Notes under the pieces: model-generated | What the model saw: only the letters and a program-made list of their open reading frames with translations | Database searches by the model: none | What the model was told of the DNA's origin: nothing | Source: Cenarchaeum sp. | GTDB lineage: Archaea > Thermoproteota > Nitrososphaeria > Nitrososphaerales > Nitrosopumilaceae | DNA length: 64,000 nucleotides | Direction: 5' to 3' | Assembly: GCA_965242695.1 (NCBI GenBank) | Contig: CBDESU010000002.1 | Coordinates: 1,120,001-1,184,000 of the forward strand | Shown here: piece after piece, positions 56,426 to 64,000 of the stretch | Position numbering within the stretch: position 1 is the stretch's first letter | Layout of the letters: each line of letters begins with the position of its first letter | Program-made: the position numbers and the translations under genes

Positions 56426-57520
56426 GTGTCGCGGTTGGCCAACGCGGGGTTTGAGATCATCAACGCGCGCCTCACGCACCGGAACCTGCCGCTGTACAAG
56501 CTCGAGCGGTTCGCGTTCAAGGACCGCGCCGCCGCGTACGATGCGTTCCGGCGGATACCGGGCGTCTCGGAGATCGTGATCATCCAGACGGCCAGCCGCG
56601 TCGAGATATTCACGGCCATCAGCCGCGAGTCCGACGCCCCCGACGGGCGCAGCCCGCAGGGCGCGGGGCTGACCATCAAGCAGATCGAGAGGGCGTGGGT
56701 GGAGCTTACCGACCCAGACCAGTACGACCTGGACCACTTCGACCAGATCATGGAGGTGTACCGCGGCCGCGGGGCGCACGAGAGCCTGCTGCGCCTCGTG
56801 ACGGGCCTCGACTCGGTCGTGATCGGCAAGTCCGAGATATACGAGGAGGTCAAGGCATCGATCGCGCACGCCCGCGCGTCGGGGTCGGCGGGGGGCGTGC
56901 TCGGCGCGCTCTTTGACGCGGCCCTTCACGTCGGCTCCAAGATACGCGGCGAGACCGGAATCGGCGACAACATACTGACCATAGGCGACGTGGCCGTCAG
57001 GATGGCCGACGACAACGTCGGAATCGACGCCAAGAAGAAGGTGCTGCTAGTCGGGACGGGCGACTACGCCGCGCAGGTCGCCAAGGTCCTCAACGCGGGG
57101 GGCCACAGGTTCGAGGTGGCAAGCAAGACGGCCGACAGGGCCGAGGGGTTCTCGAAGATACTCGGCGGCACCCCGGTGCCCTTTGAGGACGTGCTCGCCT
57201 CGTTCGACAAGTACGACGTCGTGTTCGTCGCGACGACGGCCGACTACCACATACTGACGGACGCGAGCATCCGGCGCGTCATGGAGGACAAGAAGACCGG
57301 CACGATGATCCTCGACGTGTCCGAGCCGAGGGCCGTCAACGAGGACATATCTGCCGTGCCGGGCATAAAGCTGATGTTCCGCGACCAGATTGCCGAGCAG
57401 GAGGAGCGCAGCCTCCAGGAGCGGATGGGGAAGATACCGGCCGTCGAGAAGATGATCAAGGCAGAGTCTGCCGTGCTGTCCGCGATGGTCGAGGCGTCCC
57501 CGCCGGCGGGGGCCTCGTGA
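56426..57520 (+). CDS. Glutamyl-tRNA reductase-like protein lacking the catalytic Cys
   Basis: HemA layout (THR..P...LERFAF, GLDSVVIG, KIRGETGI, DVSEPR), but QTASRVE replaces TCNRxE. Confidence 0.85.
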   Translation: MSRLANAGFEIINARLTHRNLPLYKLERFAFKDRAAAYDAFRRIPGVSEIVIIQTASRVEIFTAISRESDAPDGRSPQGAGLTIKQIERAWVELTDPDQYDLDHFDQIMEVYRGRGAHESLLRLVTGLDSVVIGKSEIYEEVKASIAHARASGSAGGVLGALFDAALHVGSKIRGETGIGDNILTIGDVAVRMADDNVGIDAKKKVLLVGTGDYAAQVAKVLNAGGHRFEVASKTADRAEGFSKILGGTPVPFEDVLASFDKYDVVFVATTADYHILTDASIRRVMEDKKTGTMILDVSEPRAVNEDISAVPGIKLMFRDQIAEQEERSLQERMGKIPAVEKMIKAESAVLSAMVEASPPAGAS

Positions 57521-57586
57521 GGCGCCCGCGGCCGCTCCAGTTAGGCCGGCTTAATCTATTTATCAGCCGCGCGGGTGGCGCCGCCG

Positions 57587-57751
57587 ATGGCTAAGCTGAG
57601 GTGCTCGGACTATGGATTCGAGTGCGACTTTGTGGCGGAGGGAGAGGTCGAGGCCGTGCTGGTCATGTTCGGCTCGCACTGCGAGGAAGAGCACGGCATC
57701 GCGTACTCCAAAGAGTCACTGATGCAGTTCATTGTGAGGCAAAAGGGCTAG
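57587..57751 (+). CDS. DUF1059-type small metal-binding protein (54 aa, not in the ORF track)
   Basis: MAKLRCSDYGFECDFVAEG...HCEEEHG; TATA-like TATTTAT upstream. Confidence 0.85.
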   Translation: MAKLRCSDYGFECDFVAEGEVEAVLVMFGSHCEEEHGIAYSKESLMQFIVRQKG

Positions 57752-57900
57752 GGCCGGCGCGGCGCCGCGGCTCGGCCTGGACGGAGGCGGCGGGGGGCGC
57801 TCTGGAGCGCGCGGCGACTGCGCGGCCGCTGCCAGCGCTACTCGCACCTGACGGATGCGGGGCATCGGTTGGGGCGCTGCGGGCGGCGCCTGCGCGGCCG

Positions 57901-58746
57901 CTACCCGTACGACTCGTACTTGATGGCATAGCTGCCGTCGGGCTTTTTGTCGTGCAGCGTCACAAAGCCCTTCTTGGCGACGTGCTCTATGACGCCGTCG
58001 ATCGTGCCCTGGTAGCCGCATATGTAGATCATCGTGTTCTCGGGCGTGATCGCCTCGCCCACGAGCTCTTCAATCGGGGACACGCCGCCCTTGCCGGGCT
58101 TGAAGAACGTCTCGACCCTTCCGGTCTGCCCCGTCCAGGTGCGGTTGAACTTTTCCTTGGGCCTGCTGATGGCGGCCCTGTACTTGAAGTTCCAGTCGTC
58201 GGCCCCTCTCTCGTCGCTCTCGTACTCGAGGGCCGTAAAGTGGTCCTTGTAGCTCAGCTCGTCGACGTAGCTGGCGCCGTGGAGTATGACGACCTCCCTC
58301 TTGTCGCCGGTGTCGTGCAGGTGGTCGGCAAAGGCGACAAACGGGGCGATGCCGGTGCCGCCGCCGACGCAGACGATGCGGCGCCTGTCCGGCTCGCCGC
58401 TCGGCAGGCGGTCGTCGATCGTCAGCGCGTTCCCCGTCGGCGTGCCGAGCGTCACCGTGTCGCCCTCGCTTATGTAGAACAGCTCGGTCGTCACCCTGCC
58501 GGGCAGCGGCTTGCGCGCCCACCGTATGATGAACTCGTAGTACTTTCGGTTGCCCGGGTGCGACGCAAGCGAGTAGGCCCGCCTGACCATCTTGTGGCCC
58601 TCGGCCATGACGTTGACGCCTATCGTAAGGAACTGCCCCGTCTCGTACTCGGGGATGACGCCGTCTTCTGGGACGATCCGCAGTATGACGAGGTCCTCCC
58701 TGAGCAGCTCGACGTACGTGACGGTGGCCTTTTGCTCAGAAACCAC
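57901..58746 (-). CDS. Ferredoxin--NADP(+) reductase, copy 2
   Basis: YETGQF, RRAYSLAS, GGGTGIAPF, YICG, YESYG. Confidence 0.9.
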   Translation of the reverse strand: MVSEQKATVTYVELLREDLVILRIVPEDGVIPEYETGQFLTIGVNVMAEGHKMVRRAYSLASHPGNRKYYEFIIRWARKPLPGRVTTELFYISEGDTVTLGTPTGNALTIDDRLPSGEPDRRRIVCVGGGTGIAPFVAFADHLHDTGDKREVVILHGASYVDELSYKDHFTALEYESDERGADDWNFKYRAAISRPKEKFNRTWTGQTGRVETFFKPGKGGVSPIEELVGEAITPENTMIYICGYQGTIDGVIEHVAKKGFVTLHDKKPDGSYAIKYESYG

Positions 58747-59288
58747 GGGGCCGCTCCCCCCTGTCCGAATAAATGCTTTTTGGGCCGCCCGCGCCCCCGC
58801 TGCCCGCCTGCCCAACGACGGCTGGCGGCATGCGCCCCCACCCCCTCCTCCGAGCGCCCCCTACCCGGCGTCGGGAGCGGGGCCGGCCTGTGCAAAAAGA
58901 GCGCCCTCGCAGGGCCGCTCCCCCCCCGCCCACGCCGAGGCGCCCCGCCCTGTCATCGCCGCGGCGCACGCCGTCGGGCGCCACGGCCTCCTGCCGTACG
59001 TGCGGCCAGGCAGGGGCGCCCGCTCCCCTCCCTCTGCGGCAGCCGCCCGCGCTGCGCACGCCGCGGGCCTCTCGCGGCCCGGCAGGGCCGCCCTCCGGCC
59101 GGATGACCTTGGCATAGTTGCGCGCGACGGGCGCCGGTACATGCCGCTAGGCAGGGGCGCCCGCGGCCCCCCTCTGCGGCAGCCGCCCGCGCTGCGTACG
59201 CCGCGGGCCGCCCGCGGCCCCGGCCGAGCGGCACAATCTCCGCCAGAATTCGACAAAATAATATACCCACCGGCGACGGGCCGGCCGG

Positions 59289-60836
59289 TTGCATTCCCAA
59301 AAAATGGACGAGCACTCCGAGCTGTTGCGCACGTCGCTGCTCGGCGGCGGCCAGGACCGCATCACGGCACAGCATGGCAAGGGCAAGCTGACTGCGCGCG
59401 AGCGGATCGACCTGATGCTCGACGAGGGCACGTTCACCGAGATCGACGCGCTCGTCACGCACCACTACCACGAGTTTGACATGCAGAAGCGCAAGTTCCA
59501 CGGCGACGGCGTCATCGGCGGGTACGGGACGATCAACGGCCGCAGGGTGTTCGTCTTCGCGTACGACTTTACGATCCTCGGCGGCACGCTCAGCCAGATG
59601 GGCGCGCGCAAGATCACAAAGCTGATGGACCATGCGACGCGCACGGGCTGCCCCGTCATCGGCGTCATGGACTCGGGCGGGGCGCGCATACAGGAGGGCA
59701 TCATGAGCCTGGACGGCTTTGCCGACATCTTCTACCACAACCAGTGCGCGTCGGGCGTCGTGCCGCAGATAACCGCCAGCATCGGCCCGTCGGCCGGCGG
59801 CTCGGTCTACTCGCCGTCCATGACGGACTTTGTCATCATGGTCGAAAAGTCGGCGACCATGTTCGTGACCGGCCCCGACGTGGTCAAGACCGTGCTGGGC
59901 GAGGAGATTTCGTTCGAGGATCTTGGCGGCGCCATGTCGCACGGCACAAAGAGCGGCGTGGCGCACTTTGTAGCCAAGAACGAGTACGAGTGCATGGACT
60001 ACATACGGCGCCTCCTCTCGTTCCTGCCGCAGAACAACGCCGAGGAGCCGCCGCGGACGGCCACCGGGGACGATCCGAACCGCACCGACCACAACCTGCT
60101 CAACGTCATGCCCGAAAACCCCCTGCAGCCGTACGACATGAAGGAGATAATCACGTCGGTCGTCGACGACCGTGACTTTTTCGAGGTGCACGAACTGTTC
60201 GCGCCGAACATCATCGTCGGGTACGGCAGGCTCGACGGCCGCGTCGTCGGGATCGTGGCCAACCAGCCGCTCAACCTTGCCGGCGCGCTCGACATCGACT
60301 CGTCGAACAAGGCGGCGCGGTTCATACGGTTCTGCGACTCGTTCAACATCCCGATCGTCACGCTAGTCGACACGCCGGGGTACATGCCGGGATCCAACCA
60401 GGAGCACAACGGGATCATCAGGCACGGCAGCAAGCTGCTCTTCTCGTACTGCGAGGCGACCGTCCCGAAGATTACGCTCGTCGTCGGCAAGGCGTACGGC
60501 GGCGCGTACATCGCGATGGGCAGCAAGAACCTGCGCACCGACGTCAACTACGCGTGGCCCACGGCGCGGTGCGCCGTGCTCGGAGCCGAGGCGGCCGTCA
60601 AGATCATGAACCGCAAGGACCTTGCGGCCGCAGGCGACCCCGAGAGGCTCAAGCGAGACCTCATGGACGACTTTGCCACAAAGTTCGACAACCCGTACGT
60701 GGCCGCCTCGCACGGCACGGTCGACGCCGTGATCGACCCCGCCCAGACGCGCCCGATGCTCATAAGGGCCCTCGAGATGCTCTCGGACAAGCGCGAGAGG
60801 CGCCTGCCGCGCAAGCACGGCAACATAAACCTGTGA
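59289..60836 (+). CDS. pccB: Acetyl/propionyl-CoA carboxylase carboxyltransferase subunit (3HP/4HB cycle)
   Basis: GKLTARERI, DSGGARIQEG, VDTPGY, KAYGGAY, KHGNINL. Confidence 0.93.
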   Translation: MHSQKMDEHSELLRTSLLGGGQDRITAQHGKGKLTARERIDLMLDEGTFTEIDALVTHHYHEFDMQKRKFHGDGVIGGYGTINGRRVFVFAYDFTILGGTLSQMGARKITKLMDHATRTGCPVIGVMDSGGARIQEGIMSLDGFADIFYHNQCASGVVPQITASIGPSAGGSVYSPSMTDFVIMVEKSATMFVTGPDVVKTVLGEEISFEDLGGAMSHGTKSGVAHFVAKNEYECMDYIRRLLSFLPQNNAEEPPRTATGDDPNRTDHNLLNVMPENPLQPYDMKEIITSVVDDRDFFEVHELFAPNIIVGYGRLDGRVVGIVANQPLNLAGALDIDSSNKAARFIRFCDSFNIPIVTLVDTPGYMPGSNQEHNGIIRHGSKLLFSYCEATVPKITLVVGKAYGGAYIAMGSKNLRTDVNYAWPTARCAVLGAEAAVKIMNRKDLAAAGDPERLKRDLMDDFATKFDNPYVAASHGTVDAVIDPAQTRPMLIRALEMLSDKRERRLPRKHGNINL

Positions 60837-60842
60837 TGGCAT

Positions 60843-62336
60843 ATGATCGAAAAGGTACTGATTGCGAACAGGGGCGAGATAGCGCTGCGCGTCATCCGCA
60901 CGTGCCGCGCCATGGGCATCGGCACGGTGGCCGTCTACTCGGACGAGGACCGCAACGCGCTGCACGTCAAGAAGGCGTCCGAGTCGTACCACATCGGCGA
61001 GGCCGCGCCGGCAAAGTCGTACCTCAACCAGGAGCGCATACTGAACGTAGCCCTCTCGTCGGGCGCCGACGCGGTCCACCCGGGGTACGGGTTCCTCTCC
61101 GAGAACGACGAGTTTGCGGCCCTGTGCGAGAAGAACGGCGTGACGTTCATCGGCCCGCCGGCCGCCTCGATGAAGCTGTGCGGCGACAAGATGGAGTGCA
61201 AGGCGGCCATGCTAAAGGCCGAGGTGCCGACCGTCCCGGGCAGCCCGGGCCTTGTCAACGACTCTGGCGAGGCGCTGCAGATCGCCGGCGAGATCGGGTA
61301 CCCCGTCCTGCTAAAGTCCGTGTACGGCGGCGGGGGGCGCGGCATACGGCTCGTGCGCAACGACGACGAGCTGCGCGAGGCGTTCGAGACGGTCACGGCC
61401 GAGTCGATATCGGCCGTCGGCAAGTCTGCCATACTCGTCGAAAAGTTCCTCGAAAAGACGCGCCACATAGAGTACCAGATGGCCCGCGACAAGCACGGCA
61501 ACGCCGTCCACCTGTTCGAGCGCGAGTGCTCCATACAGCGGCGCAACCAGAAGCTCATAGAGCAGACGCCATCGCCGGTCGTCGACGCCGAGACGCGAGA
61601 GCGAGTCGGCAAGCTCGTCGTGAGGGCGTCCGAGGCCGTCGGGTACGAGAACCTCGGCACGGCCGAGTTTTTGCGCGCCGACAACGGCGAGTTCTACTTT
61701 ATAGAGATAAACGCCCGCCTGCAGGTCGAGCACCCCATAACCGAGCTCGTCTCGGGGCTCGACCTCGTAAAGCTCCAGCTCGACATCGCCAACGGCGAGC
61801 CGCTGCCGTTCAGGCAGGAGGACCTCAAGATGAACGGCTACGCCATCGAGTGCCGCATCAACGCAGAGGACACGTTCCTGGACTTTGCCCCGTCGACGGG
61901 GCCCGTCCCCGACGTGACCCTGCCGGCGGGCCCCGGCATACGGTGCGACACGTACCTGTACCCGGGCTGCACGGTCTCGCCGTTCTACGACTCGCTCATG
62001 GCAAAGCTGTGCTCGTGGGGGCCGACGTTCGACGAGTCGCGGCGGCGCATGCTCGGCGCGCTAGAGGACTTTTACGTCGGCGGGGTCGAGACGTCCATCC
62101 CGCTCTACAAGACCATACTAGAGTCCGACGAGTACAAGAGGGGCGAGCTGACGACGGACTTTCTTGCGCGGCACGGCATGATCGAGCGCCTGGCCGCCGA
62201 CATCAAGGCGGCAAAGAAGTCGCGCCGCGAGGCCGCGGCCGCTGCCGCGGCGATCCACTCCGAGTTCATGCGAGGCCTGGCCGCCGGCAGCGGAGGCGCG
62301 GGCGGCGCCGGCTGGAAGGGGGGCATGGCCCCGTAG
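60843..62336 (+). CDS. accC: Biotin carboxylase subunit
   Basis: LIANRGEIA, HPGYGFLSEN, GGGGRG, ERECSIQRRNQK, RLQVEH. Confidence 0.95.
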   Translation: MIEKVLIANRGEIALRVIRTCRAMGIGTVAVYSDEDRNALHVKKASESYHIGEAAPAKSYLNQERILNVALSSGADAVHPGYGFLSENDEFAALCEKNGVTFIGPPAASMKLCGDKMECKAAMLKAEVPTVPGSPGLVNDSGEALQIAGEIGYPVLLKSVYGGGGRGIRLVRNDDELREAFETVTAESISAVGKSAILVEKFLEKTRHIEYQMARDKHGNAVHLFERECSIQRRNQKLIEQTPSPVVDAETRERVGKLVVRASEAVGYENLGTAEFLRADNGEFYFIEINARLQVEHPITELVSGLDLVKLQLDIANGEPLPFRQEDLKMNGYAIECRINAEDTFLDFAPSTGPVPDVTLPAGPGIRCDTYLYPGCTVSPFYDSLMAKLCSWGPTFDESRRRMLGALEDFYVGGVETSIPLYKTILESDEYKRGELTTDFLARHGMIERLAADIKAAKKSRREAAAAAAAIHSEFMRGLAAGSGGAGGAGWKGGMAP

Positions 62337-62351
62337 GGAGGCGATGGAGGC

Positions 62352-62909
62352 GTGGATTACAGGCTCGACGGGGTAGAGGATGCCGAGCCGGTCGCGGCCG
62401 AGCTCGTCCGGCGCCCCGCGCGGGCGACGGGCGGCGACGCCCCGGGCGGCGACTATGCCGTCCGCATCGACGGCGAGGAGCGGGACCTGCGCATACTCTC
62501 GATGGGGCCGCGCGGCGCCGAGTTTGTGCTCGCCGGCAGGTATCACTCTGTCCGCTACGTGAGGGCCTCGACTGCCCGCATGGAGATGGTAGTCGACGGC
62601 GCGCCCGTAGAGCTCTCGATGCACTCGGACCTCGACGAGATCGTCTACAAGAACTCGGGCGGCGCGGGGGCCGCCGGGGCCGGAGCCTCTGATGCCACGC
62701 TGCGTAGCCCCATACCGGGCAAGGTCGTCTCGTTCTCTGCCGAGGAGGGCGCGGAGGTGCGCAAGGGCGACCCCGTCGTCGTCCTCGAGTCGATGAAGAT
62801 GCAGGTGGCCGTAAAGGCGCACCGCGACGGCACGGTAAAGTCGCTGCGGGTAAAGCAGGGCGGAAGCGTGGCAAAGAACGACGCGATAGCCGAGATCGAG
62901 CAGGGCTAG
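62352..62909 (+). CDS. accB: Biotin carboxyl carrier protein
   Basis: SPIPGKV...LESMKM. Confidence 0.92.
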   Translation: MDYRLDGVEDAEPVAAELVRRPARATGGDAPGGDYAVRIDGEERDLRILSMGPRGAEFVLAGRYHSVRYVRASTARMEMVVDGAPVELSMHSDLDEIVYKNSGGAGAAGAGASDATLRSPIPGKVVSFSAEEGAEVRKGDPVVVLESMKMQVAVKAHRDGTVKSLRVKQGGSVAKNDAIAEIEQG

Positions 62910-63044
62910 CGGGGCGGCCCCCTCGCCATCAAGCTTTTGGGCGCCTGCATTTCCCGCGTGCGCACGTGCCTGCGCGCGGCGGGTCCGCCGCGCGCGCACT
63001 CTCCCCCGCGCGGCGCTGAAAAAAGGGGATCGGGATGGCCGCCG

Positions 63045-63530
63045 CTACTGCGCGCCGCCGCCCCTTGAGACGAACGCCTTGATCTCGCCGTAGTCGGGCT
63101 CCTTGAGCGGGTCGTCGGAGACCCACTTGTAGCCGATCGTGCCGTCCTCCATGACGACAAAGATCGAGCGCTTTGCAGCGTTGTAGTCCTTGACATGGAG
63201 CAGGTCCGGCATGAGGACGCCGTACTCGCGGATCGCCTTGCTCGTGTAGTCGCCCAGGACGGGAAAGTCCAGGCCGTTCTTCTCGGCAAAGGCCTTGTTG
63301 GCGAACGGCCCGTCGTTGCTGATGGCGACGACCTGCGCGTTGAGGTCGTTCAGGGCGGACTGCGAGTCGCGGAACGTGCACAGCTCGGTCTCGCACACCG
63401 GCGAGCTGGCTGCCACGAAGAACGACAGTATGACCTTCTTGCCCTTGAACTCTTCTAGGGTGCGGAACTTGAGGTCGGTGTCGACAAGCTCGAACGCCGG
63501 CGCCCTGTCCCCCACTTCTGGCTGAGGCAT
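63045..63530 (-). CDS. Peroxiredoxin (AhpC/TSA family)
   Basis: VGDRAPAFEL, SSPVCETELC, AISND, AKRSIF. Confidence 0.9.
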   Translation of the reverse strand: MPQPEVGDRAPAFELVDTDLKFRTLEEFKGKKVILSFFVAASSPVCETELCTFRDSQSALNDLNAQVVAISNDGPFANKAFAEKNGLDFPVLGDYTSKAIREYGVLMPDLLHVKDYNAAKRSIFVVMEDGTIGYKWVSDDPLKEPDYGEIKAFVSRGGGAQ

Positions 63531-63769
63531 GTTGGGCGGCCGGCCCTTGCCCCGTTTAGATACCTTGCGGCCGCCAGGCGGGGCGATCCCGCGGGGCGCC
63601 GGCGCCAGGGGCCCGCCCAGTGCGGCAGGGCGCCGGGCGGCCCCGTCCGGGGGCGGAGGAGAGGGGGGCGGCGCGGCCGCCCCCGGCGCGATGCCTGAAA
63701 TCATAAAAAATAGGGGTTGTCGCCTCTTGGCGGGCCGGCGGGCTGCCCCGCCTCCCTCCAGAGGACGCC

Positions 63770-64000
63770 CTATTTTGGCGGCTTGACGCCGTGCTTGGCC
63801 AGCGCGTCGTACACCTTGGGCAGTGCAAAGACAAACCCAACGTGGGTGCAGTTGCTGGACTCGCACAGCTGGCAGTAGAGCTCGCTGTCGCGGATGACTA
63901 CGTCGGCGATCTTGTCGGTCTTGTTGTCCTTGATGACGACCCTGTCGTCGTACGTGGCGACCTCCTCGAGCATGGGCGCGTGCTTGGCGAATATCTTGTC
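63770..64000 (-). CDS. Hypothetical protein with a CxxC...CxH motif; 5' end outside the window
   Basis: LYCQLCESSNCTHVGF; frame open to the window edge. Confidence 0.7.
   Translation of the reverse strand, partial: DKIFAKHAPMLEEVATYDDRVVIKDNKTDKIADVVIRDSELYCQLCESSNCTHVGFVFALPKVYDALAKHGVKPPK

Overview
GC-rich archaeal chromosome segment (high GC by eye, not computed) from an ammonia-oxidising thaumarchaeote (Nitrosopumilaceae-like). The assignment rests on three things: the split coxB-coxA-cupredoxin-COX15 terminal oxidase cluster, the acetyl/propionyl-CoA carboxylase operon of the 3HP/4HB cycle, and F420-linked genes. Housekeeping genes include GINS-MCM-Hel308, RFC, Alba, sdhACDB and six tRNAs. 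This backbone is interrupted by small, often lower-GC accessory islets with no integrase visible. The most novel-looking locus is at 45.2-47.1 kb. There, an SRA/YDG-like (putative modified-DNA reader) domain is fused through a winged helix to an antitoxin-like tail. That gene overlaps a RelE/YafQ-like toxin gene and is followed by a second antitoxin copy and a nonsense-inactivated toxin copy. Other oddities: a triple cupredoxin with 15 perfect DAMAD repeats; a membrane protein carrying S-layer-type domains; two near-tandem Hel308 paralogs; a HemA paralog lacking the catalytic Cys; an ArdC-like gene beside tRNA-Lys; an HPD-less J-domain protein; several decayed defence genes; and many local tandem duplications. 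All family calls come from motif recognition by eye, with no database search.
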